From an uncultured archaeon (GTDB lineage: Archaea; Asgardarchaeota; Lokiarchaeia; Sigyniarchaeales; SOKP01), in the NCBI GenBank assembly GCA_964481225.1, contig CAYZTE010000002.1:1-47994 (forward strand): DNA of 47,994 nt, read 5' to 3'. The translations under genes were made by a program, and so were the position numbers. Numbering within the stretch: position 1 is the first letter of the stretch; the number at the start of each line of letters is the position of its first letter. The notes beneath the pieces are model-generated. The model saw nothing but the letters and a program-made list of their open reading frames with translations. It ran no database searches and was not told the origin of the DNA. Below, piece by piece: positions 7,674 to 18,230 of the stretch.

Positions 7674-10534
7674 CTAATTTTTTTTATTTTTCTTGTAAGT
7701 TCTAATAACTGCTCTTTTAATTTAGCTGGAATGTCAGAATTTATATCAATTTCTTTAATATAATGAAGTAAATCCGTAAATTTCTCTTTATAGCTTATTG
7801 GTTCGAATAAACTTGTTTGTACATACTTTTTCTTTTTTGTAGTTTTAATTTCAGAAAACTTAACTTTTTTAGTTTCTAAATCTTTAATTTCACACTGTTT
7901 TCTATATAATTCCTTTTGGCTTTTTTGTAGATCTTCAATGCATTCGCTTAGTGTTTCTTTAATAGTTTTGAGTCCTATGTTTAGCTTTTCAAGTTCAACC
8001 TTTTTTCCATTAATTAATTTATCATAATATTTACCTGATGAAGCTGTTTCCCCGTTTTCTCTTACGGTCGTTCTAAAAGGATCTTTTTCTTCTATTTGTT
8101 CAAGAATTTCAAAAGCTCTTATTATCACATCATCAGGAATCCCTGCTAATTTTGCTACATGGATACCATAGGATTTATCTGTGCTTCCCGGCTTTAATGT
8201 TCTAACAAAATTTATACTCCCATCATCATTTTCAATAATATCTAAATGATAATTTTTTACTCCTAGTAAATTAATTTCTGTTAATTGATGATAATGGGTG
8301 CTGAATAAAGTCTTAATTTTTAACTCATTTAGTTTCTCAAGAGTAGCCATTGCTATACTTTGACCATCACTAGTACTTGTCCCCCTCCCTAACTCATCTA
8401 TTATTATAAGACTTTTTGGTGTAGCATAATTTAAAATTTTGGCTGTTTCAGTCATCTCAATCATAAAAGTGCTTAATTTTCGAGCAAGGTCATCTGAAGC
8501 TCCTATTCGTGTAAAAAGTTGATCAATAATTCCAATTGTGGCGGATTTTGCTGGAACAAAACATCCCATCTGCGCAATAATACATATTAAAGCTACTTGC
8601 CGTAAATAGGTAGATTTTCCAGCCATATTAGGGCCAGTAATAATTAATAATTGGTCATTTTCATTATCTAAATAACAATTATTAGGAATAAATTGCTCAT
8701 CCAAATTTATTTGTTCGACTACGGGATGCCTACCATCTTTAATTATGATTTTGTTGTCATTATTGATAATCGGTCTACAGTAATTATAATTTTCTGCAAC
8801 TTCAGCAAAACATACGAGAACATCAATAGTAGCAATATTTTTTGCAGTTTCAAGGATGTTTTTAGTTTCTTTTTCGACACTTTCCCGAATAGTATTGAAA
8901 ATTTCATATTCTAAATCGTTAATTTTTTCTTCTGCATTTACAATTTTTTCTTCAAGCTCTTTTAATCTTTTTGTTGTATATCTTTTAGCATTCTTGAGTG
9001 TTGCTCTCTCAATATATTCTTCAGGAATCGTCCTTATAGTTTTAAGAGTTCTCAATGTTATTTCAATATAATAACCTAAAATATTATTATATCCAACTTT
9101 TAATCCTGTAGTTAAATTCCATTTTTTCTTTTGCTCTTGTTCATATTCTAATACATATTTCTTCCCATTATGTATTATATCCCTTAAATCATCTACATCA
9201 TCGTTAAACCCATCCTTAATAATATTACCTTCTCTAATAGTAGTTGGGGGATTATCCCTAATTGAGATCTCTATTAGGTCTTTTATTTCATTGAAAGTTT
9301 TAATTTTTTCAGTAAAGCTTAAAATTTCTGGAATATCTGCCTTATCTACTAATTCTTTGATTATTGGAACTTTTTCTAAAGATTTTTTAATATTTATTAA
9401 ATCTCGAGCATTTGTACGACCAGTATAATTAATCCTATTAATAAATCTTTCCAAATCACCAATAACTCCTAGCTCTTCCCTTAGATCAGATCTCAAAAAG
9501 ATATCATCCTTAAACTTCTGAACGATATTCAATCTTTGATTTATTTCTTGAATATCTGTTAGAGGTTGGAGAATAAACTTTTTTAATAAACGAGCACCCA
9601 TTGGTGTTCCCGTCTGGTTAAAAATAGAATATAGTGTAGCATCCTTTCCTCTCTCCCACAAAGAATTAATCAATTCTAAATTCCTTTGTGAAATATAATC
9701 TAAGTGGAGTACATTTTTTTCTTGGATAACATTTATTTTAAAAATGTTTGGAATTAAATCTCGTTGAGTGTCTTTCAAAAATGCTAAAAGCCCCCCTGCT
9801 GCTTGGACAGCCATTTCTTTATCTTCTAGATCAAAACTTTTTAAATTTGAAATTTTAAAATGCCGAGAAATTAATGTATGAGCTTCATCAAATAAAAAGT
9901 TATGCTCTTCATAGGTTTTAATAATTGCTTTTGTTAAATCAGTCAATATAATAAAGAGTCTCTCATCCTTTTTCAGTTCAGGAGGAATAATTAATTCTAC
10001 AGGATCATATTGAGAAAATAAACTTAGTAATTTTTCCTGTGGATCTTGGTCTTTATTTGAAAATTCCGTTGCTACAAACTCTCCAGTAGATATATCAGCG
10101 AAAGCAACCCCAAATCCATTTCTTTCTTTAACCATAGAGGCAATATAATTATTCTCATTGGATTTTAACAAGTTTGGGTCTATTATTGTTCCAGGTGAAA
10201 GTATCCGAGTAACTCCTCGTTTCACAATTCTTCCCTTCACAGTCGCGGGATCTTCTAATTGATCAACTATTACTAAAGTCTCACCAAGATTCATGAGATT
10301 GTTAAAGTAATTATGGCCAGAATGGTGTGGAATCCCTGCTAGAGGAACATCTCCTCTCTTTGTTAATGTTATCCCTAAAAGTTTTGAAATTTTTTCGGCA
10401 TCATCAAAAAAGAATTCATAAAAATCTCCCATACGGTATGCAATGAGATTCTCTGAAGGAAACCTTTTACGAATAGAATACCAATGCTTTAACATAGGAG
10501 TTAGTTTTCTTTCGTTTATTTCCTTCATAATCAA
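7670..10534 (-). CDS. mutS: DNA mismatch repair protein MutS (bacterial MutS1 type) with C-terminal coiled-coil extension
   Basis: TPMLKHWYSIRKRFP, mismatch-binding GDFYEFF, Walker A GPNMAGKST, DELGRGTS, STHYH. 954 aa. Confidence 0.9.
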   Translation of the reverse strand: MIMKEINERKLTPMLKHWYSIRKRFPSENLIAYRMGDFYEFFFDDAEKISKLLGITLTKRGDVPLAGIPHHSGHNYFNNLMNLGETLVIVDQLEDPATVKGRIVKRGVTRILSPGTIIDPNLLKSNENNYIASMVKERNGFGVAFADISTGEFVATEFSNKDQDPQEKLLSLFSQYDPVELIIPPELKKDERLFIILTDLTKAIIKTYEEHNFLFDEAHTLISRHFKISNLKSFDLEDKEMAVQAAGGLLAFLKDTQRDLIPNIFKINVIQEKNVLHLDYISQRNLELINSLWERGKDATLYSIFNQTGTPMGARLLKKFILQPLTDIQEINQRLNIVQKFKDDIFLRSDLREELGVIGDLERFINRINYTGRTNARDLINIKKSLEKVPIIKELVDKADIPEILSFTEKIKTFNEIKDLIEISIRDNPPTTIREGNIIKDGFNDDVDDLRDIIHNGKKYVLEYEQEQKKKWNLTTGLKVGYNNILGYYIEITLRTLKTIRTIPEEYIERATLKNAKRYTTKRLKELEEKIVNAEEKINDLEYEIFNTIRESVEKETKNILETAKNIATIDVLVCFAEVAENYNYCRPIINNDNKIIIKDGRHPVVEQINLDEQFIPNNCYLDNENDQLLIITGPNMAGKSTYLRQVALICIIAQMGCFVPAKSATIGIIDQLFTRIGASDDLARKLSTFMIEMTETAKILNYATPKSLIIIDELGRGTSTSDGQSIAMATLEKLNELKIKTLFSTHYHQLTEINLLGVKNYHLDIIENDDGSINFVRTLKPGSTDKSYGIHVAKLAGIPDDVIIRAFEILEQIEEKDPFRTTVRENGETASSGKYYDKLINGKKVELEKLNIGLKTIKETLSECIEDLQKSQKELYRKQCEIKDLETKKVKFSEIKTTKKKKYVQTSLFEPISYKEKFTDLLHYIKEIDINSDIPAKLKEQLLELTRKIKKIS

Positions 10535-11011
10535 CTCATTTGGAATTTATATGAGGTTTTTAATCCATATAATCAATTATAACTGTAAATTTATATTAAC
10601 TGTATTTGTTAAATTTTTAATAACAATTATAAAGAAGATAGTTAGGTTTTTTATTATTTTTAAGAGTCCTCCAAAATACTAAGAAACCATCAATACTAAA
10701 TCTTTTGTTATGAAAATTCAGCGGGTAATCCAAAAATTTATAAATTTATTTTAAGAAGCAATAAAAACATAATATTAGATATTTTTTTTATTACTACTTT
10801 GTCCAAATGAGGGAGATATTAAAATACGTACCCCAATATTGCTAATAATCAATGCTGCTATGCATACTATTAAAATCTTTGATATTTTTTGAGTAGATTT
10901 TACTATAAAAATTCTGTTAAATTTTTGCAATAAATATTGAAATAATGTTGATTATTAATTTTCTCTTTTTAATTAAAAATCAATAAGAAAAAACAAGAAA
11001 ATTTTTGCAAA

Positions 11012-11857
11012 CTATAAATGCTTCTCTAACCATACATACATGTCTTGATGCACTTGAGCTCTGCCTTTTTCATTCCACAATTCGTGCAGAAAACCGTCAT
11101 ATTCTCGATATGTCTTATCTTTGCTTTTAATTCCTTCGAAAAACTGTTTTGTCTTTCCTTTATCTACAATTTTGTCTTCACCAGCCTGCATAAGAAATAT
11201 TGGGCATAGTAATTTTGATGCATTTTCCATTGCCCATTTCGAAGAGTTATCAATTTCAATAGCTGATTTAGCTGAAATAACTTCTGTTTTATGTTTATCG
11301 GCGATATGTTGTTTTAATATTTTTAAATCACTTGTTAATTGATTCTGATCAATTATGTTGTCTAACATTTTATTAGGTGCTAATTTAACGATAGTTTTAG
11401 ATATTGATTTTATAACTTTTTTGCCCATTGATAATTTTAAAAACATTCCTAATAATGGTGAGGAAACTAGCACTCCGGCTAATGTAGGATGATTTATTGC
11501 AAAAATTAGACTTATTAGACCCCCAAAAGAATGTCCCATCAAAAATATTTTTTTACCATTCGCAATTTCGCGGACAACATCCATAAAAAGAAGTATATCT
11601 TTCTGGATATGATCCACACTATCTATATGACCTGGAATATCACCAGCATTTCTTCTATGTCCCCTTAAATCAAATGCATAAACAGCATATCCTTTTTCTG
11701 TCAAATATTCAGCAGGAATTTTCAATCTATCAGAGTGTGTCCCCCATCCATGAAGTGCAATGATATAAGCTTTAGTTTCTCCAGAATCGGGTAACCAACA
11801 TTGATAGAATAACTTTTTCAATTCTCTTCCTTCAAAATATCTTGTTTCATTTTTCAT
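11012..11857 (-). CDS. Alpha/beta hydrolase (lysophospholipase/monoacylglycerol lipase-like)
   Basis: HGWGTHS oxyanion region, nucleophile elbow GHSFGG, C-terminal ...GFLHEL. Confidence 0.8.
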   Translation of the reverse strand: MKNETRYFEGRELKKLFYQCWLPDSGETKAYIIALHGWGTHSDRLKIPAEYLTEKGYAVYAFDLRGHRRNAGDIPGHIDSVDHIQKDILLFMDVVREIANGKKIFLMGHSFGGLISLIFAINHPTLAGVLVSSPLLGMFLKLSMGKKVIKSISKTIVKLAPNKMLDNIIDQNQLTSDLKILKQHIADKHKTEVISAKSAIEIDNSSKWAMENASKLLCPIFLMQAGEDKIVDKGKTKQFFEGIKSKDKTYREYDGFLHELWNEKGRAQVHQDMYVWLEKHL

Positions 11858-12059
11858 GCTTAAATCACATAGACTCTAGATAGTTATGAGATTGATGATA
11901 ATTTATAATATCTTTATCTTCTTAATATTCTTTCTTTTAAAGAATTGACAATTAAATTTTTATCTTGGAATAATGCTCATACGAAATTTAAAAAAATTTT
12001 ATATTTTTAGGTAAACTTCATAATAAATAATATTTGTTCAAATTTCTTAGGCTTTTCAA

Positions 12060-12647
12060 ATGAATGAATCAGAAAATATTGAAATCATCATCCATGGAAG
12101 AGGAGGACAGGGCGCAGTAACCGCGTGTGAACTTATAGCAGAAGCAGCATATTTAAGTGGTAATTTTGTCGATGTGCATGCATATCCTTCATTTGGAGCA
12201 GAAAGAAGAGGCGCTCCCGTTCAAGCATATGCTAAACTCTCTAGAACAGATACTATATGGGATAGAGCTCAAATAGAAAATCCCAATATTTTAATAATAT
12301 TCGATGAAACAGTTTTAAACCAAGAAATAGCTTCTTCCCTTAGACAAGGTGGAGTTTTTATCATTAATTCTGAAAAAGCCCCCGAATTTTTCGTTAATGA
12401 GTATAATTTAAGTAGAGAAACAAAGATTGTTGTCGCAGATATTAGTAAAATAGCCATTGAGAAAAATCTAACTATTGATGGAAATCCAGTAATTAATACT
12501 CCTATTCTGGGTTTACTTTCAAAAGTTTTGCCAGAACTTAAATTGGATAATCTAAAAGCTGTTGTAGTAAAACGAATGGGTGAAAAAATAGGTAATATCA
12601 ATTATGAATTAATTGAACAAGGATATAATTTAGCAAAAATCTTATGA
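12060..12647 (+). CDS. porG: 2-oxoacid (pyruvate-type):ferredoxin oxidoreductase gamma subunit
   Basis: IHGRGGQGAVTACELIAEA...YPSFGAERRGAPV is the signature of POR/KOR gamma subunits. Confidence 0.8.
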   Translation: MNESENIEIIIHGRGGQGAVTACELIAEAAYLSGNFVDVHAYPSFGAERRGAPVQAYAKLSRTDTIWDRAQIENPNILIIFDETVLNQEIASSLRQGGVFIINSEKAPEFFVNEYNLSRETKIVVADISKIAIEKNLTIDGNPVINTPILGLLSKVLPELKLDNLKAVVVKRMGEKIGNINYELIEQGYNLAKIL

Positions 12648-12667
12648 TCTTTTAATTTAGAGTATAA

Positions 12668-15295
12668 TCAATAAATTGGCAGTTTTACAATAAAAGTACT
12701 TCCCTTATTTCTACCTTCTGATTCAGCTCTAATATTACCCCCATGTAAGCCAATTATTTCCTTTGATATGAACAATCCAAGTCCAGAACCTTGAATATCA
12801 ATATATTCTAATCCATCTCCATATCTTTCTATTTTTCCAAATCTAGTAAAAAGAATTTCCATTTCTTCTCTGGTTAATCCCACTCCTGTATCATTTACAG
12901 AGATAACCGCCCAATTATCACTTTTTTCCAGCCTAACATTGATTTTTCCTTTTGGAGGTGTGTTCTTTATAGCATTTGATAATAAATTCAATATTACTTG
13001 CTCGATTCTAATTCTATCAATATCTACATAAAACGTGTCTGGAAGCTCTAAATTGAGAGTGAGCTTCCTTTCTTTTGTTGAGTGTATCATTTCCTTAGAA
13101 GATTCTCTGATCACCTCAGATAAATCACTCTTTTTTTTTTTTAATTTGAATTTATCATAATCTATTCTCGATATGTCAATTAAATTGTCTACCAGATATT
13201 TTAATCTCTTTCCTCCTTTTTCAATTAATCTAATTAATTCCGATTGTTCATTTTCCAATTTTTTAATATAAAGATTTGAAAAAAGTTCTGCACCCCCACA
13301 AACAGTAGCAAGAGGAGTTTTTAATTCATGAGCAACTCTAGATATTAAGTTTTTTCTAATCTGGTCAAGCTCCTTCAGTTTTGTAATTTCTTCATTAATT
13401 AGGAACTCTGCTTGCTTTCGTTTTGTGATATCAATGAATAACGCTTGAACAAAATATTCATTTTCTATTCGAATCAGGGATGCTTGTAAAGTTACCCACA
13501 CTAAACTCCCATCTTTTTTGTACATTTGTAGATCAATTCGATGAACTCTTTCTCCTTTTATGAATTTTTTAAAAAGTTTCAAAAGAGTTGGCAAATAATC
13601 CGGATGTATTACCGAGATTTGGTGAAATTTCTTTCCTACTAAATCTTCATTTGAATAACCAAATATTAATTCTGTGGTTGGATTACACTCAATAATTCTT
13701 CCTTTAGAATTTATAATAACAATAGAGAATGGTATATTCTCATAAAGGTATCGATATCTTTTCTCAGACTCTAAAAGTTTTCTTTCTGCTTCCACTTTAT
13801 CAGTAATATCAATAACAGTAATAAAATCTGCAGGTCTTCCTTGATAATTAATAGTTTTTGAAAAAGCTTCTCCATGAATTAATTCTCCTGTTTTTTTAAG
13901 TCCTCTAAATTGATAATGATTTATGACATCTTTATCCCCTGCTTGCTTTTTTCTTGCTTGCTCAGCAATCATTTTTCTATCTTCAGGGTGAACTGTATTA
14001 AGAAATTCTCCAGGTCCCCAATCCTTCAATTCTTCAACTGATCTTCCCCCAATACCAGCAAATCTTTGATTAACATATTTAAACTTCCCATCTTGTAAAA
14101 TTGCTATCCCTAATAACGATTGTTCAGCAATATTTCTAAATTTCTCTTCGGATTCTCTTAATTCGCGTTCTAATGTGAATTTTTCTGTAACATCTATAAA
14201 AGTTCCATCAATTCTAATTGGTTTTCCTTCTTTATCTCTAATAAGATGTGAATTCAATTCCAATACAATTTTTTCACCATCTTTTTTTAGCGCGTGACAT
14301 AAATAACCTCGAACATAATTATCTCTTAACATTTGCTTAACATAATCATATCTAAGTTCGGGTTGTTGCCACAAATCAGTCACATTTGTATTTCTTAAAT
14401 TCTCTGAAATGTCAAATCCTAAAATTTTATTGTAAGCAGGATTATGTGTTAACAAAACGCCATATAAAGTTACTTGGTAAAATCCAACGTCTAAATTATT
14501 TATCATGTTTCGATACTTTAATTCGGACTCTCTTAACTTTTCTTCTGCAACTTTTTTTTCGGTGATATCTTCCGTTTGAACGATTACCAAATCTGGTTTA
14601 ACATATCCATAGTTTACTGAAAGATATTTTTCTTCATCTGAAAATTGAAATTTATACTCCATCTCTCTTGTTATATTCGTTTTATCATTGAAGCATTGAT
14701 GAATATCTTCTAAAATATCTGGTCTATCTTCATACATGTTCGAAGCTTTATGGCCCAAAACTCTGATAACATTCCCGTTGGTTATTTTTTCGGCACTATT
14801 GTTAAAATCGATGAAAACGAAATCATTGTTGAATTTTTTCCAAGTATAGGTAGCAATTGGACCTTCTTTGTAAAGCGCTCTAAACATTTCTCCAGAATCT
14901 TTAATTTTTTGTTCTGCTTTTTTACGCTCAGTAATATTTTTACCAATACCTATTATTGCATGAATTTTCCCATTTTTCCTTATTGGAATACCATAAGTCT
15001 CTATATATAAATAATTCCCATCCTTAGTCTTTATTTTATATTCTCTGCGTTTGGATTGTTTTCCCGTCTTTGTTATTTCTCTCAAAGCACCATATGCCTT
15101 CTTTACTTCATCTTTTTCAAGGACATCTAAAAATGACAAGTTCGGTATTTCTTCTCTTTCATAACCCAATGAAATTAAGGCGATATCATTAGCATCCAGA
15201 AAATTTCCATTTAAATCATTAACATAAATTAGATCTAGTGAATATTCAAACAAATCCTTATAATTTTCTCTTATTTCTTCCCTATCATACGTCAT
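12668..15295 (-). CDS. Multi-PAS sensor histidine kinase (no receiver domain)
   Basis: Repeated PAS-like blocks separated by ESE(E)K(Y/F)R linkers. H-box RVAHELKTPL, N-box LLSNAIKNTP, G-boxes NDTGVGL and GSGLGL. Confidence 0.85.
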   Translation of the reverse strand: MTYDREEIRENYKDLFEYSLDLIYVNDLNGNFLDANDIALISLGYEREEIPNLSFLDVLEKDEVKKAYGALREITKTGKQSKRREYKIKTKDGNYLYIETYGIPIRKNGKIHAIIGIGKNITERKKAEQKIKDSGEMFRALYKEGPIATYTWKKFNNDFVFIDFNNSAEKITNGNVIRVLGHKASNMYEDRPDILEDIHQCFNDKTNITREMEYKFQFSDEEKYLSVNYGYVKPDLVIVQTEDITEKKVAEEKLRESELKYRNMINNLDVGFYQVTLYGVLLTHNPAYNKILGFDISENLRNTNVTDLWQQPELRYDYVKQMLRDNYVRGYLCHALKKDGEKIVLELNSHLIRDKEGKPIRIDGTFIDVTEKFTLERELRESEEKFRNIAEQSLLGIAILQDGKFKYVNQRFAGIGGRSVEELKDWGPGEFLNTVHPEDRKMIAEQARKKQAGDKDVINHYQFRGLKKTGELIHGEAFSKTINYQGRPADFITVIDITDKVEAERKLLESEKRYRYLYENIPFSIVIINSKGRIIECNPTTELIFGYSNEDLVGKKFHQISVIHPDYLPTLLKLFKKFIKGERVHRIDLQMYKKDGSLVWVTLQASLIRIENEYFVQALFIDITKRKQAEFLINEEITKLKELDQIRKNLISRVAHELKTPLATVCGGAELFSNLYIKKLENEQSELIRLIEKGGKRLKYLVDNLIDISRIDYDKFKLKKKKSDLSEVIRESSKEMIHSTKERKLTLNLELPDTFYVDIDRIRIEQVILNLLSNAIKNTPPKGKINVRLEKSDNWAVISVNDTGVGLTREEMEILFTRFGKIERYGDGLEYIDIQGSGLGLFISKEIIGLHGGNIRAESEGRNKGSTFIVKLPIY

Positions 15296-15321
15296 TCAAT
15301 ACACAAATTTTATTGTAATTG

Positions 15322-17613
15322 TTATTTATTTTCCCTCATTATTGGTATTTTTATTGTAAATGTACTACCTTTATCCCTACCCGCCGATTCGGCCCATATT
15401 TCCCCTTCATGTAAATCTAATATTTCTTTTGATATATATAATCCAAGTCCAGTTCCTTGAATGTCAATATATTCTAAACCATTTCCATATCTTTCTATCT
15501 TGCCAAATCTAGTAAATAGTCTATCCATCTCTTCCCTAGTAAGACCAATTCCAGTGTCAGTTATTGATACTTGCACACAATTGTTCTTTTTTAATGATTT
15601 TACTATGATTTTTCCATTAGGTGGGGTATTTTTTATTGCATTGGACAAAAGATTTAAAATTACTTGTTCAATTCTTACTTTATCAATTACTAAAAATAAT
15701 TCACCCAAGAGGTCAAGTTCTAAATTTAATTCCCGCTTTTTTGTGATATACGTCATTTCTCTTACACAATCTCTAATTAATTGATTGATATTGCTTGTAT
15801 CTTTCTCTAATTCGAATTTTTTATATTCTATTCTAGTAATGTCGACTAAATTATCAACTAAGTATTTTAATCTCTTACCTCCCTTTTCAATCATTTCAAT
15901 TAGTTCTTTTGCATCGGCTTTGAATTCTTCTATGAATAAATCTATAAGTAGTTCAGTAGCACCACAAACGGAGACTAATGGTGTTTTTAATTCATGTGAA
16001 ACTCTAGAAATTAAATCCTTTCTAATCTGATCTAATTCTTTTAGTTTTAGGATTTCTTCCTCTATTAGAAGATCTGCCTTTTTTTGCTCTGTAATATCAT
16101 TTATAATTGTTTGCAGTAAGACGTGATCACCTAATTTGATTAAACTTGATTGGTATTTTATCCAAATCGTGCTCCCATCTTTTTTATATAACTCTATCTC
16201 TAATGGAGGTAGAATTTCACCATTTAAAACCTTCTTAAATCGTTTAAGCAATATGGGTATATAATTAGGATTAATTGCTGGAAGATTTTTAAATTCATTA
16301 CCAATTAATTCATCTCGACTATATCCGAGTAACTTTTCAATTGCGGGATTACAATATATGATTTTTCCTTGATGATCAATTAAAGCTATTGAAAATGGTA
16401 CAGATTCAATCAAATTCCGATATCTTTCTTCCGATTCCTTTAATTTTTGTTCTAATTCAAATTTCTCAGTAATATCTGATATTAAACCCTGAATTATCTG
16501 TGACTTCTCTTTATTTTCTTCTATTATATGAGAATTCAATTGTACTACTATTTTTTCGCCATTTTTCTTTTTTGTATGCACTAAATAATTCTTAACAAAA
16601 CCTATTTTTTCTAATTCTTTTAAATACATTCTCCGCTCCTCAGGTTTTTGCCAAAAATCGTGCACATCTTTATTTTTTAAATTTTCAGACGGACTATACC
16701 CTAATATCTCACAAAATCTAGGATTATGATTTAACAACAAACCATCCCAGTTTAGTTGATAAAAACCTAAATCTAAATGATTTATCATATTTCTATATTT
16801 TTCCTCTGATTCCTTTAGCATTTTTTCTGTCAAAACACGAACGGTAATATCACGAACAACACCTTGAATCACTTGCTTTCCTCCCACATCAAATAAACTT
16901 GATGACACTTCAGCAAGGAAAATTTTCCCATTTTTCTTTTTAAAGCTTATTTCAAATCTTATGACTCCTTTTTTTGAAATCTCCTCAAATGCTTTTTTAG
17001 ATACTTCCAATTCACTTATTGGATGAAGCTCGGGAACTTTTAATTTTAAAATTTCTGATCTTGCATATCCAAATTGTTCTAAACCTCTTTGATTAACATC
17101 TATGATATTACCTTCTAAGTCATGAAGAAAGATTGCATCATTTGAATGATGGAAGAGATTACTGTATTTTTCTTCAGATTCTCTTAATTCTTGAGTCCTA
17201 ACATTTACTAATTGCTCTAATTCTTGTTTAAATCTTTCTTCCTCTTCTTTTCTCTTAGTAACATCCCGAAATATTCCGTAAAATCCGATTTTATTTCCTT
17301 TAGAATCGTATTTTAAATATACAGAGGTTTCACCAATAAAGATTTCTCCATTTTTATTTTTGAGTTGATATTCAAAATCAGTTAGCGGTTCACCAGTTCT
17401 GTAAACACTATTAAAACCTTCAAACACTTTTTTTTTATGTTCTTTATCCGCAATGTATTTATAATTTAAGCCCAATAATTCTTCTTTTGAATATCCAGTA
17501 AGTTTACACAATGATTTGTTAAAAAATGTAAAAGTGCCTTTTAAATCAACTTCAAAGTAGCATTCTTTAATGCTCTCAATTATCTGTATGAATTTATCTT
17601 TAGAAAATTCCAC
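15322..17613 (-). CDS. Multi-PAS sensor histidine kinase, tandem paralog of 12668-15295
   Basis: H-box RVSHELKTPL, LLSNAIKNTP, TDTGIGL, GTGLGL. Long stretches collinear with the downstream paralog. GTG start. Confidence 0.85.
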   Translation of the reverse strand: MEFSKDKFIQIIESIKECYFEVDLKGTFTFFNKSLCKLTGYSKEELLGLNYKYIADKEHKKKVFEGFNSVYRTGEPLTDFEYQLKNKNGEIFIGETSVYLKYDSKGNKIGFYGIFRDVTKRKEEEERFKQELEQLVNVRTQELRESEEKYSNLFHHSNDAIFLHDLEGNIIDVNQRGLEQFGYARSEILKLKVPELHPISELEVSKKAFEEISKKGVIRFEISFKKKNGKIFLAEVSSSLFDVGGKQVIQGVVRDITVRVLTEKMLKESEEKYRNMINHLDLGFYQLNWDGLLLNHNPRFCEILGYSPSENLKNKDVHDFWQKPEERRMYLKELEKIGFVKNYLVHTKKKNGEKIVVQLNSHIIEENKEKSQIIQGLISDITEKFELEQKLKESEERYRNLIESVPFSIALIDHQGKIIYCNPAIEKLLGYSRDELIGNEFKNLPAINPNYIPILLKRFKKVLNGEILPPLEIELYKKDGSTIWIKYQSSLIKLGDHVLLQTIINDITEQKKADLLIEEEILKLKELDQIRKDLISRVSHELKTPLVSVCGATELLIDLFIEEFKADAKELIEMIEKGGKRLKYLVDNLVDITRIEYKKFELEKDTSNINQLIRDCVREMTYITKKRELNLELDLLGELFLVIDKVRIEQVILNLLSNAIKNTPPNGKIIVKSLKKNNCVQVSITDTGIGLTREEMDRLFTRFGKIERYGNGLEYIDIQGTGLGLYISKEILDLHEGEIWAESAGRDKGSTFTIKIPIMRENK

Positions 17614-17930
17614 TTTATCTCCTTTAACTCGTTATTTTTTTGACAATTTTAATGATTAACAATAAACAAGGGAAATAATGCCTAATTTCCCGAACAACCC
17701 ACTTTTTTCTTAAGACATTAATGAAATATTTACTATTTAACTTTTATTTAAAAAGTAATAATATCTAGTACTTTTAATTTGGAAACAAGTTCATATTCTA
17801 AATATTTGAAAAATAATAAATTAATTAGAATTCTGCTAAAATCTTTATTATTATAAATGGTAAGAAATAAAAACTTATCTGCGTTTGATTTTACACAAGA
17901 ATCTAATTTAAAACTAATTTTGAAATAATC

Positions 17931-18230
17931 ATGACCGATTCGAAGAAAGATTATCAAAAAATTATGGGTTCAGTTCAAAAGCCAGTTATCGGGGAAGCTG
18001 GTAAAACTGGAACTTGGAGTTCTAAAAAACCAATAATTGATTTGGATAAATGTATTCCCGTTAAGTCAGGAAAACCAAGCTGCTTTAATTGTTGGCTATA
18101 CTGTCCTGAAGCTGTGGTAACTAGAACAATTCCGCCTCAGATTGATTTTGAATATTGTAAAGGCTGCGGTATATGTATGGAAGAATGTCCTGTAAAAGCT
18201 ATATCAATGGAAGAGGTAAAACCTGAATGA
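17931..18230 (+). CDS. porD: 2-oxoacid:ferredoxin oxidoreductase delta subunit (2x[4Fe-4S])
   Basis: CFNCWLYCPE and CKGCGICMEECP clusters. 4-nt overlap with porA. Confidence 0.85.
   Translation: MTDSKKDYQKIMGSVQKPVIGEAGKTGTWSSKKPIIDLDKCIPVKSGKPSCFNCWLYCPEAVVTRTIPPQIDFEYCKGCGICMEECPVKAISMEEVKPE

Noticed and set aside
10535-11011. Largest intergenic region (477 nt), examined for a hidden small gene or ncRNA
   Set aside because: It holds only short, start-less or low-complexity reading frames and no conserved-looking structure. It most likely holds the mutS promoter and the terminator of the hydrolase gene.
11893-11898. TGATGA (C-box-like) in the spacer upstream of porG, suggesting a C/D box sRNA
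   Set aside because: There is no CTGA D box or terminal complementary stem within the expected distance. In DNA this AT-rich, such a hexamer is expected by chance.
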